Positions 37,842 to 49,041 of a stretch of 64,000 bases of DNA are shown here, piece after piece; position 1 is the stretch's first letter; each line of letters begins with the position of its first letter. This DNA is from Neodothiora populina (Eukaryota): assembly GCF_041146345.1 (NCBI RefSeq), contig NW_027191415.1, positions 1,116,001 to 1,180,000 on the forward strand. The letters run 5' to 3'. The translations under genes and the position numbers were made by a program. The notes under the pieces are model-generated. The model had not been told where the DNA came from, ran no database searches, and saw only the letters and a list, made by a program, of their open reading frames with translations.

Positions 37842-40672
37842 CTACTCTTCTTCACTGCTCTCACTGTCTTCCTCGTCACTGCTGTCTTTCTTGGCTTGTA
37901 CAGCTGGGGCAGCAGCCTTCTGGTTGCCAGAGAGGCCACCCTGAAGACGTGACATCTGCTCCTGAAGCTCTTTGATGCGCGACTCCTGCTCGTGTTTCTT
38001 CATGGGCTTGTGCTTCTTCTTGCCCGAGCGAGCGGCAGGGCGTTCAGGCTCGTAGTCGTCGTCGATGGCGTTACCGTCGTCGCTTTCTGGCTTGGGTGGG
38101 AAGAGAGAACGGACGTAACGTAGCAACTTGTGCTGAACATCATTGGGCAGATCATCAATCTCAAGCTCGACATCTTCAGCATCCATGTCCTAGGCTCTGT
38201 TAGTGTTGGTCGGTCAAAAAAGGAATCGCGGACATACCTTGTACTTGGCAACATTTTCCGTAATAATGTTGGTGAGCTTGGCAATCTGATCGTCATTCAT
38301 GTTCTCGGTGGCGCTAGAAATTTCCTGTTTCTCCTCGTAGGTGACTTGGCGCTGTTTCTTAGGCTTGGGCTTGATCGTGGGCTTGGGAGCTGACACGCTG
38401 GACTTCTTGACGGGCTTGGAAGAAGTCGAGGTGCTCTTCTTCTTCTTGTTGCCGCTGCTGCTAGACTTTGCTGGCTTGGCTCCGCTAATCGATGCGATGG
38501 TGTTTTGCATGGTCTCGAGCTGTTTCCTGAGCATGGCAATGGTGGCTTCATTAGAATCGATTTCGCCACCCTCCTCTTCTGCATCGGACTCTTCACCGTC
38601 GGACTCGGCGTCAGATGCGGGACTGGCACGCTGGGACTGCGGGGTGTTCTTCTTGACCCACAACTCCTTCTTGGACCACTCGCGCTCGAAGGCGGCCCTC
38701 AGCTCCTTGCCCTGCTCATGGACCGGGTTGCCAGGAGGGTTGAAGGCGAAGCAGTTGTCGAGCATGAGTACAAAGTCATCCTTGAACTCGACAGCGGTGC
38801 CATATTGGCCAGTCTTGAGCTTGTTGGTCATTGTCTGCAGGTCCATGGGTCGCTTGACAACAGAAAAGTAGTTGGGGATGTTTAGGGCCACAGGATCGAC
38901 TGGGACAAGGAAAGCCGATGTCAGCTTGATGTTCCTGGGCTTTTTGAATTCATCGAGGATGTGTTCGCAGAACTTCAAGGCAATCTGGTTCTCCTTTCGC
39001 TTGGGTTTGGGTGCAGTATATGGCAGATCACGTTGAGGCTTTATGATGTCACGTTTGGGTCGGCCTGCAGAGTCATCGCGTCGGATCATTGGAGTACCGC
39101 CGGGCAGTAATGCGTAGGTGTTACTTGGTTCGACCGGAGAGCGCGCTGCACCGGGGACAGCATGCGTGCGGGACTCCCTACGAGCTGAAGGAGGCTTGGG
39201 AGATGCCTTCTTGGGCTTGGGTGGAGCCACGCTTGCGCTGGATCCAACAGGTACGGTCTCCATCTGTTTCAGGAAATATGCGCGCAGATTCTGACCGGCG
39301 ACGGCGACGGGATGCTGGGGACCGTTGAAGGTAATGCAGTTGGTGATCATCAACTCAAAGTCGGCAACAAAGTCATCTACAGAGGAGTACACATCCGCCT
39401 TCAATTTTCTTTCCATGGTACCGAGATCCATTGGCTGCGTGATAATGGTAGTATAATGAGGAATGTTCTGGGCAACGGGATCGACGGGCTTCGTGAAGAA
39501 TGCTGCGGACTTGACCTTTTTCGTGTTCTTGATCTTTTCCGACAGGACCGCCTTTTGCGTGGGCTTCATAGGCTCATTGCTAAAGTGGGTAGTGCTAGGT
39601 GCCAGGGCAGCAGCAGCGGGAGGGGCCACAGCGGTAGGAGCAGGAGCAGCAGCGGGAGCAGCAGGGGCAGAGGGATGCGCACCAGTACCGTTGGTCGTGG
39701 CTGCAGCAGGAGCTGGAGTCGGTGCGGCTGTTGCCGGGGCTGCTTGCTCCTTTACTGCTGGCTCTGTCGCAGGGACTGAGGCATCCTTTGCAGGCTCCTC
39801 GGTCCTGGCACGCTTCGCGGCAGGCTCGTCATCACCATCAACTTCGTCACGCGGTCTTACAGTACCCGACGAAGGTGTGTCCATCATCGGCTGATCAGCG
39901 AGCTCGGCGACCTTGGGCGCTGTTGAGTCTGGAGCAGTAGTGGCAGCTGAGACTTCCTCAAGAGGCTTCGACGCAGTCTCGCTTTCGTCTGTCTTGACTT
40001 CAGCAACGGTGGGCTTGTCATCCGGCATCTCAGGCTTCTCTGCAGGAGGCGTAGGGACTGATTTCTCGGGTGCCGTGGCGGAAGAAATGCCTTCTGCGAT
40101 CTGAGCTTCCGACTTTGATGGACGTGCAGAGTCGGTCAATTCAGAAGCAGCAGCTTGCGGAGGGGCATCATTCATCTGCGTGTCCTTGTCTACACTCACC
40201 TCACCAGTGGCAAGAGGTTCGGAAGGTGACACGGGCGGCTGATCTAACTTGGCTTCCGACGGGACGGACTGCGCCACGGGTGCGATACCAGACGCGTTCT
40301 CGGCCACAGGAGCTGGCTCAGAGGTAGGTCTTTGGTCTACTGAGTCCGGGATGGCAGCAGGCTGTTGTTCCGTCGAAGTTGCCACTCTTGCCTTGGATTC
40401 AACAGGTTTAGTTGATTCAGAGGGTTCGTCGCCAAATAGATCATCACTTGGCTCATTGGCAGCCTTGCCGTCAGGTAGTGGGTTTTGATTCAGTCTGGAA
40501 GGTTATCTTAATATTTACATTTCTTTGACAAAGGTACAGACAGACATAAAAGGGTGACAGTAACAGAAACGGTGCAGGTAAGGGTGTAAGAGGAAAAGAA
40601 AAAGAAAAAAAGAATTCAGACTCACCCTTCGCCAGAGGGCAACTCCGGTTGCAGCGTCGAGGAGTCTGACAT
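37842..40672 (-). CDS. BDF1: BET-family double bromodomain protein; introns 40495-40625, 38190-38237
   Basis: Two bromodomains (PVDPVAQNIPHY..PMDLGT..NCITFN; PVDPVALNIPNY..PMDLQT..NCFAFN), ET domain (TYEEKQEIS..ELEIDDL), SEED tail. Confidence 0.95.
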
Positions 40673-42303
40673 TGTGTTTGATGTGTAGTAAATAAAAAGA
40701 AAAGGAAGAAACACGTGACGCGCTCAAGGCGTCGGTCGATGATGGTGATATAGAACCTCAAGTCTTGGCTGTTTGTCGCGACGTGTAGAGGTTACGAATG
40801 TTGCGCCAGGACGGTCAAGGAGTTTTGGGTAATTATTAGAGGATGGAATGACGTGTTTTTATGATTGATGTTTATTGGGAATGACGGGGTTTTAGTAAAG
40901 TGTTGCGACGCGACTAGCGAAAACACAAGTTGGAACGCGGATGGTCGGTGGATGAAGGGAAAAAAGTGGGCGTGTCGCGAAGTTGTTTGCGGCGGAGACG
41001 CGCCGAAGCAAAGCGGAAGATGCAGATGAATGTGAGCGAGTAGAGATGGGAATTTATCTCGCTTAAGGCAGAAGCTACGGGCGCTAGTGCCAACGGGACG
41101 AGTATTCGGTCACGTGCTTACGGGAACTTCGCCACTTTAGGCAGTCACCTTGTAATCCTTTCTCACAGTGGCGCCGCAAGTTTTGTGAGTGAGAAATGAA
41201 GAGCGAGAGAAGGACAAGTGGATCAGAAGTTTGAAAGAGAGAAATGAAGAGGGCAGCATGTCCTGGACAGCCCGACAATCAATGACGACCAGCCAGGAGA
41301 TCGTCGGAAGCAGCTGGGTAGAGGTGCGCCGGACTGTGGTTCAAGGGAAAAGTCTTGGCTGGTGATTTCCCGAATCCGTGCAACCGGGGTTCGTGTTGAA
41401 TTCGAAGGCAGAACGTGCAGCGAATAGAAAAGAAGAGCCAGCGTTTGAAGCGCAGATACACCTACCTCTGCAACTTGTCTTGTTTTAATTGAGCCGGCGC
41501 GAACAGGCTGCGCGCGGGCGGTGTGTCTTGACCGGTGGCGAGCAGGCAGCTCTCAGGAGTAGTCGGGCAGCAGCAAAAGACGTCGACCAGGAGGCTTGGC
41601 TGAGCATCTTACTGAAACCTTGTAGTGACAGAAGATGCAGGGGTGAAGGAGAGCAGCCACGCAGACTGCGAGTTGGAGCCAAGGGGTGGCCGGTCATGAG
41701 AAGAGAGTGGATAGCAGCATGTTGTCCACCAGGAGATATGTGATGAAAAGACAGAAAAGAATCGAGTATGGTTTGCTATGTGCGATGACGGAAAGGAGAG
41801 TCTGTCCGAAGCGGGGAGCAAGGCAAAACCCCTGAAAGAAAAAAAAACTTGCTGCCGTCTCTGCCTATTCTCCAGTCGGTTTCTGAACTGGACTCGTTCC
41901 GGCGTAGTGTAGTGGTCGGGGTCGGGGGTTGGGGGCAGACAGAGTCAAATGGGACAAACAGCGAGTGTGAGGACTCCATCGGCGTATCTTGAGGTACAGA
42001 CAGTACGTACAGTACAGTATACTGTAGCACAGCACAATACAAATGGAACAAAAGACATGCAGGTGCAAGTAAGAGGGAAAGAGAGAGCGAGCTCGGGCCA
42101 TGGCTGCACGGGCGCTAAACCCAATCAGAAGTTCAGAAGTTTTCTTGAGCGGCTTTAGTGTAAGAAAGTTGAAAGTTGAAGTTGTGCAGCAAATAATTCA
42201 TTCGTCCATCACCACCGCTTTGCAATTCCTTCCCCCCAAGGCAGCAATCCTTTTTTCGACAGTCTACGCCATCGGAGACTTCGACTCAAGAGCCCACTCA
42301 GCC

Positions 42304-43698
42304 ATGAGTGCCGCCAAGCGATCCCGTGGTCGCCAGTCCGATCCCACTGCGACGCCCTCGTTACCACCAACCAAGAAAGTAAAGACTTCCAAGGCCGGTC
42401 TTTCCTTCCTCACCGACGAGAGCAAGCGAGCTGGCAAGACGCTCAATGCGCAACTCACAAACGGCGTCAAGGACTCCAAAGCCAACCGGGTAGACGAGTC
42501 CAAGGCTGTCGTCGCCGACAACGACACCGACGCAGCAGCAACGAAAGAAATCGTCGAGATCTCGAGTGGAGGAGAAGAGTCGAGCGACTACGAGAGCTCA
42601 GGAGACGAGGCGGAGGTGGACGCAGAGAAAGAGTCGGCCAAACAACTGACAAATGGTCTGAGTGAGAGCGTCGATGCCGCTGCGGCTGCCACTGCTGGAG
42701 CCGACGACGACGACGTTGCCATGGATGATGCAGACAAGGACGCAGAGGAAGACGACAAGACCGGCCGCTCATTCGGGGATCTGCTACAGGCTTCGCATCC
42801 AGAGACAATCGATGTCCAAGCTGCCTTCGCCGACCGGAACGCCGAGGATCAGGCTCTGATTCCCATCAACGGCAACGGTGTGCTCTCTGCTCCCTCTGCC
42901 ACCTCTCTCGGTACTGTCCTCACTCAAGCTCTCCGCACAAACGACAAGGATCTCCTCGAGTCGTGCTTCCAGACCCGCGAGATTCAGAGCATCCGCTCGA
43001 CCATCCAGAGACTCCAGTCACCTCTTGTTGCAGACCTTCTCCAAAGACTCGCCGAGCGATTGCACAAACGCCCTGGACGCGCCGGCAGCCTGATGGTGTG
43101 GGTGCAATGGTCCCTGGTCGCCCATGGAGGTTATCTCGCAGGCCAGCCTCAGGTTCTCAAGAAGCTCAAGGCTCTGTCGCAGGTCGTCAAACAGCGTGCC
43201 AGCGGTCTTCAATCACTCATGACCCTGAAGGGCAAGCTAGACATGCTCGGTGCTCAGCTCGAGCTGCGCCAGTCCATGCAAGCATCAAGAGACAACATGT
43301 TCGATGACGACGAGGAAGATCCGAATGTCATCTACATCGAGGGCGAGGACGACGACAAGTCCTCGGACGAAGAATCCGCACCACGCAAGCAAAAGAAACT
43401 CACCGGCGAGCGCTCCGCTGATGATGACAGTGACGAGGACATTGATGATCTACCCATGACCAACGGTGTTGCCGATCACTCTGGGGATGACTCTGATGAT
43501 GGCGAAGACGAAGACGGCGGTCTCATCGATGACGAAGCCGAGGTGACGTCCGACGAGGAGGAAGAAGACTCCGACGATGATGTCGACGAGGACGAAGAGG
43601 TGTCGGAAGACGATGGCGATGAGTCTGCGAGCGAAGACGAGGGTCCCCCACCAGTCAGACCGCCCAAGCCTCAGCGCGCCTCTGGCCGAAGACGATGA
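42304..43698 (+). CDS. UTP5: SSU processome component Utp5 (Dip2/Utp12 domain)
   Basis: SLGTVLTQALRTNDKDLLESC..RPGRAGSLMVWVQWSLVAHGGYL..LKGKLDML; acidic tail; first ATG 42304. Confidence 0.88.
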   Translation: MSAAKRSRGRQSDPTATPSLPPTKKVKTSKAGLSFLTDESKRAGKTLNAQLTNGVKDSKANRVDESKAVVADNDTDAAATKEIVEISSGGEESSDYESSGDEAEVDAEKESAKQLTNGLSESVDAAAAATAGADDDDVAMDDADKDAEEDDKTGRSFGDLLQASHPETIDVQAAFADRNAEDQALIPINGNGVLSAPSATSLGTVLTQALRTNDKDLLESCFQTREIQSIRSTIQRLQSPLVADLLQRLAERLHKRPGRAGSLMVWVQWSLVAHGGYLAGQPQVLKKLKALSQVVKQRASGLQSLMTLKGKLDMLGAQLELRQSMQASRDNMFDDDEEDPNVIYIEGEDDDKSSDEESAPRKQKKLTGERSADDDSDEDIDDLPMTNGVADHSGDDSDDGEDEDGGLIDDEAEVTSDEEEEDSDDDVDEDEEVSEDDGDESASEDEGPPPVRPPKPQRASGRRR

Positions 43699-44359
43699 GC
43701 CAATTCATAGACCTACAGTCGCCATATACCGCAATTTCGATTCCAAACTAAAATCAATATTGTTCAGCCACAACGGCCTGCCTCTAGAAAAAGACAATGC
43801 TAAGCTGATGTGGAACGGGCGTTGTCCAGCACGTACATGGGGCTACGAGTGTACAGGAGTTTCCATTCGATGGCCAGGCGTCAGAGGATATATACTATCA
43901 TACATGCTTGCAGTCTTGCATAGCGTCGGTTGCTTTTTTTTCTTTTCTTTTTTTCTATGGGCGCAATTCCATTTCCATTTCCATCCGTCCTTGTAAGCAA
44001 TCAAAATGTACCTATTTTCAAGTTCTCGTTGTCCCAGGTTTCTGTCTGCCTGGGTAAAAGCTAGGCGGTAGCTAGTAGACCAAAGGGGAAGGTGTGACCG
44101 CCACAGGACTTCTTGACTCTAGCATCTCGTTCGCCAATGCCACAACGCAGTTGCCTCTCTTTGTTCCTCATCGGCAGGCTCCTCGATCCCTTCTTGATAG
44201 TAGAGGAAAGAGCGACTCGTCCGGGTAGACTGGCTGTTGATCTACTACTACCTGCAGTATTGCAATACCCTTCTTTTCAAATGATTCATGGACACGATTC
44301 GGTGTCCCATACCCATCAGTATGCGGATAAAAAAGGTTTACCATTTGCTAAGTAGTTTT

Positions 44360-44491
44360 TGGCCAGTCATCCAGGAGTCATCGATCTGTCATTGAAGACT
44401 CATCGACTATGCTACAGAAATTCGTCGACTATTCGTTGTAGACTCAGCGACTATTCATTGTGGAGTCATTGACTAATCATGAGCTTCTTGA
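44360..44491 (-). repeat. 22-bp-period array, reverse, with terminal motif
   Basis: Unit ends at 44381, 44403, 44425, 44447, 44469; then GAGCTTCTT-GA-TA (44481-44493). Confidence 0.9.
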
Positions 44492-44796
44492 TACCGCATA
44501 TTGACGGGACCGTGGAGGACATGGATGCCTGGGTTCTATGGACCGACGTTCCCTCAGCTCTGGGAGCTCTGTGAGCTGTCTAGCGTTCCCTTGTATTCAC
44601 ACCCATTTTTTCTGATTTTTCCCTTGTATCTAATTCTAACCCCCAGCCAATCAAGACGCCGACGAAAGGTAATCCATAAACTTGCACACGATGTCTCTAT
44701 CTCAGCTCTGCTCGCAAGGTCCAGCCTGGCGGAGCGAGAAACTAAAAGACCCCGAAGTTCGAAAAAAAGGAAACAACAGAGTCACAAAGTAAACCC

Positions 44797-46521
44797 CTAC
44801 AATCCCCGTTCAGCACCATCAAAATTCCCCTCGAAAACCCTCATGACTTTCTTCCTGGCCCTGCCTGCCTTTGACAAGCCCGTCTCCAACACAGAAGCCA
44901 TTCTGCGTGGCGCTGTTCCGGCGCGGAGTCTCAAGCTGACTGTGCCGAATTTGGACGTGATTTGCTGCTGCTGGGGGTTTGAAGGGAGTAGAGACGAGGG
45001 CAAGTGTTTGCTTACTTGGAGGTGGGTTTTGTATTCTCCTGGAGTAGTGGCGGTTGAGGCTGGCGCAGGGACTGCTGGTGCGGCGAGAGAGGGGTGGTAC
45101 GCTGTGTATCTTTTCTCGTGCTGCTCGATGTACGCTGGTCCATGGTGCGAACTCAGTGGTTCTGGCTCTAGAGACTCGTCACTAAAAAAAGCAGGAGTTT
45201 TCACGCTCACTGTCTTGGTCCTCTCGATCGGTTGACTCACCTTGTTCGTCCCGTACGGCGCTGCACGTTGACGACCACGAGGCAGGAAGGGCATGTTCTC
45301 GAGTCTCAGGGCAGTCATCTCTGGGATGTGGGACGCTTCGCGCTCGGGAACAGGGGTCTGGGTGACGGTAAAGGAGTAGGTGGATCGGATGAGGGTGTAG
45401 GCTTCGTAGCCTGGGTCAACGTATTTGGGGAACGGCTCGGTCTTCTCAGGTTTTATCTGAGCAGTATATGGCACTGTGAATTCTTCCGCGGGCTCTGTTG
45501 TGCCCGGAGTAATGAATTGGGATTCCGCTCCGTTGAGTGAGCTCGGTGAACCATTGACTGCAGATACGATCGAATCAGAGGTGGATTGCAATGCCAGCTC
45601 ATTACTCTCGACAAATTCATCGATACTGAAAACGTCTGGAGTCGCGGGGGTGAGGGTAGCCTTGCTAAATTGGCTTCTTGGACCCCGGGGCACTACCTTG
45701 GGCGTACTGACCTGACCCAGCTCTGCCTCCTCGTAAGGATCGAACAGGGGTTGATAGGCTGAAACGGGTAGGCCCGTCGACTTGTACTGCGATGTATGTT
45801 TGAGATTAGCAACGATGTTGGCACTGTAGTCGGGAGGCGGCAGATGTGCCACAACAGCGCCGTTAGGGAGAGGCTTCCTCTTGATTTTGAACTCCGTCGA
45901 TGCAGGTCTGCCATTAGGTCTCAGAGGAGCCGGCCATGGGCTTCCTGCCTGTTCCACTTTATGCATCGTCGTTGTAGCCGGAGCGAACGACGCGCCGCCC
46001 GCAACCGCGATGTCCCTAGGATCAATAGGACGCAGACGCGAGATTTCAGGAAGAGCAGGCAATGCCACGTTCTTCATCGGCAAAGCCTTGTTTCCAGAAC
46101 CAAGCTCCGTCGTCGACTCGAACGTCGAAAACGCAACACTACTAGCCGGCGTCCCAGCACTCTGGTTGACGACGTGAAGCAGAGGCGTCGCATCGCTCGC
46201 AGCAGTCTCTCGTCTACCAGAGACGTGATCCTGCATCAGCACCGAAACGCGCGCCATGTCTCCGATACGGCGCAGCTCCCAGACACTCGACGACGCGACT
46301 GAAGAGTCTGCAAATGGACCCTCGTTGTCCCACAACAGCCTCTCGGAGCGCGGCACTGAGCGGAGGACCGCGGATTCGGAGGTGTAGCACGCCATTGCAT
46401 GTCCTGCATCAATGGCGGTTCTGATGAATGATGACTGGGTCAGCGCGCGGTAGGCTTGCCAGTTGACTCCTGCGACGACGTCGCGGAGGCGGCTGGATGG
46501 GATGGTGTTTTCGGTGGCCAT
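44797..46521 (-). CDS. Hypothetical S/P/T-rich, probably disordered protein (~574 aa)
   Basis: Long uninterrupted ORF from ATG 46521; no domain recognised. Confidence 0.65.
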   Translation of the reverse strand: MATENTIPSSRLRDVVAGVNWQAYRALTQSSFIRTAIDAGHAMACYTSESAVLRSVPRSERLLWDNEGPFADSSVASSSVWELRRIGDMARVSVLMQDHVSGRRETAASDATPLLHVVNQSAGTPASSVAFSTFESTTELGSGNKALPMKNVALPALPEISRLRPIDPRDIAVAGGASFAPATTTMHKVEQAGSPWPAPLRPNGRPASTEFKIKRKPLPNGAVVAHLPPPDYSANIVANLKHTSQYKSTGLPVSAYQPLFDPYEEAELGQVSTPKVVPRGPRSQFSKATLTPATPDVFSIDEFVESNELALQSTSDSIVSAVNGSPSSLNGAESQFITPGTTEPAEEFTVPYTAQIKPEKTEPFPKYVDPGYEAYTLIRSTYSFTVTQTPVPEREASHIPEMTALRLENMPFLPRGRQRAAPYGTNKVSQPIERTKTVSVKTPAFFSDESLEPEPLSSHHGPAYIEQHEKRYTAYHPSLAAPAVPAPASTATTPGEYKTHLQVSKHLPSSLLPSNPQQQQITSKFGTVSLRLRAGTAPRRMASVLETGLSKAGRARKKVMRVFEGNFDGAERGL

Positions 46522-47302
46522 TGTCACTTGTCAAGGTTAGGGCGTCGATTGGTGTGGCAGAAAGGGAGACTCGGATCAACAGAGTCTAAGAATCTGCAAC
46601 ACAGTGGGTAAGGTGGAGAGAAATTGTCGATTGGTGTTGGAAGGCCAAAAGGGAAAAACACACTCCAACATATCGAGTATATATGCACTTGGTCTTGGTC
46701 TTTGCTTCGAGGCGAACAAGGGAACAAAGACGTTGTGTGTTCTCAACAAAGAGCATGGCTACAACACATGGACAAAAGGTGCGGACGGGAAAGGGTCTTT
46801 GACAAAGAGCGATACAAAGAATGGACAAAGGTATTGATAAAAGCCACGTATCTGACAAGACGTACTGCTGGAGCAGAACAAAGACCATTGAACACGAAAA
46901 ACATATGGAGTTTCGAATAGAAGGGATGGTTGGATATACAGGATACAAGAAGAATTTCGAATTGTTGCGGGAGGTGTTTCTAGGTATTCAATTCTTAGGC
47001 TGAGACATGTAGGAGCCAGCCTACCCAGCTGACCAACCATCTTAAAGAGATGTCCAGCGCTTATCCTATGTGGAGCCAATGCCGTTGCTTTGACGAGCAG
47101 AGTAACACTTTTCATTGAGTAACACTCAGTGCGAGTGAGCAATCTACTGTCCGTAGGGCTAGCTGTGTATGCGAACGTCGTAGAAGCTCTGGTCGGTACA
47201 TGACTCTCAAGCCAGCGGTGCGTTCTCGTCTCGTAAGATGCCAGCTGTGTCGCTCGCCGCGAGCCTTGCATGCTTCCATATCGAAAGACGTCGAGACTCG
47301 AT

Positions 47303-48304
47303 CTACAGCAACAGCGGCTGGTTCAAATCTATGTTCTCGCCAACAGAGAGCTGAGGAACCTGGGGATAATTGGACGAGCGCAAACAATAGCGCGTGTCCT
47401 GAAGAGCCTGATAGTTCAAAAGTCAACAACCTTCAGCGGAGTCAAGAAAACAAATCGCAAAACGACAAACCTCGATATACGTAGGATTAGGCACCCTCTT
47501 CATCGTCTCCAAGAAAGCCCAGGACATGGCGCCCTCATTGACGCCATTGATCTTAGCGTCGGCGCTGGTCTGCTCGTCCCTGCATCCACTGAACATGGTG
47601 ACCATTTTGTTCTCGGCCCCGTACTCTGACGCGAACCCGCTCTGGTCGAGTCCCGGTGCCTCGTCGTGTCCTCCCATATGCTTGAGGCCTCTGAAGAAAT
47701 TCGTCGCGCCAGCATAGAGATCCTTTGCCTCAGCCAACTTATTGAAACTGAACCCGCCACCGATCAAATCGGATGCTTCCTGCATGAGATGCACGCCTTC
47801 ACGCAGGTTATCAACAACATTGACATTTCCGTCGTCGTCGGAGCGGTACACGAACGGGAGCTCGAGCGCCGAGCCCGAATGGCAGCAGTCGAGAATAACG
47901 AAGAGCGTGCTGTTAGGCGCCAGGCGCGAGACGAGGTGCTCGTGCAGAGTGTCGCTATTGATTTGGCCTCTGGTCTGGAAATCCACGGGACATATCGTGT
48001 CGAGGAGGCCGGACGGGTGCATGCCCGTCGGGTCCTGCACTTGGCTGCCGTGGCCCGAGTAGTGCATGAAGTTACACGTGCCGGGCTCGCTGACCAGCCA
48101 GTCTATGGCGGCGAGGATGTTGTGGCCTGTCGGGTAATACTCATCTTGGCGGTCGTCGCGGAGTATAACTTGTGAACGAGGATCATCCGGGTAGCCGCGA
48201 TACATTAAGAATTCCGCAATATTCGCCACATCCTGGTGGCAGCCGTTGAGTTCGTTCTCGGTTCCCGTGTAGTTGATCCCGATCAACAGAGACTTTTTGC
48301 GCAT
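47303..48304 (-). CDS. Metacaspase (peptidase C14) lacking an N-terminal prodomain; intron 47408-47470
   Basis: KSLLIGINY..LNGC..D, HYSGHG, DCCHSGSALELP, FSGCRDEQTSAD, and final exon YPQVPQLS. Confidence 0.93.
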
Positions 48305-48561
48305 CTTTTGTCGTTGACGTGCAAGAGAGGACTTAGAGCGTAGGGTCAAGGCGGTAGAGTGGACGTTTAGAGATTAGCGGTGAAGGAGAGAAGGCCGAGG
48401 TGTTGGTATAATAAGCAAAACAACAACAACATGCTTCGGAGATTGCGGAAGTCGTCGATTCGGCACCTCGGTGCAGCCTTGTCTATATTGCTTGACCTCA
48501 GCATTACTTCATTTGTGACTGTCCGACAATTCATGTCACGTTTACAAAGGACATCGTTTTT

Positions 48562-48780
48562 GGTCATTGACCATTCAGAGTGGGGTCATAGGAAACTGAT
48601 CAACTGTCCTTAAAATTTTCATTGACTGCTTATTACGGAGTCTTTGCCTGTTGAGTAGAAAGACATTGCCTGTTGAACAGAAAGTCGCTCCTTGTTCACA
48701 AAGAACTCATTACTTATGCATAGGGAACTTCTTGTCAATTCATTGAAAAGTCATTGACTGAATAAAAACGAAACCCTTTG
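48562..48780 (-). repeat. 22-bp-period array, reverse
   Basis: Unit ends at 48567, 48589, then (after an 11-bp step) 48600, 48622, 48644, 48666, 48688, 48710, 48732, 48754; outer GAAACCCTT-TG-TA (48770-48782). Confidence 0.85.
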
Positions 48781-49041
48781 TAGCTGGAAGGGATGTCCAT
48801 GGAATGCGACTTTCTACTCGGTCGTGCGAGATGCGACACAATTCAAGGCGCAATGAACTTTTAATCAAGACAAAAAAAAAATCTAAATCACTAATGTTGA
48901 ATAATGACTGCGAATAAACATCCGCGTCACACAATGCAATGCGCGAGACTAGACCAGCTAGATCACGCACTGCCTTTTCCTAAGCGACTTGCTCGAATAC
49001 TAGCCCTGCCAGAGGACTGACTGCTAGATCATGCTCTACTT

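Noticed and set aside
41993..42045. CAGTA-like and other microrepeats (also GGGAGC at ~53568-53592)
   Set aside because: Ordinary short promoter microsatellites.
42100..42303. Upstream in-frame ATG extension of UTP5 (also 56448 for TauD, 55849 for the permease)
   Set aside because: Extensions read like 5'UTR/promoter; downstream ATGs give family-typical starts.
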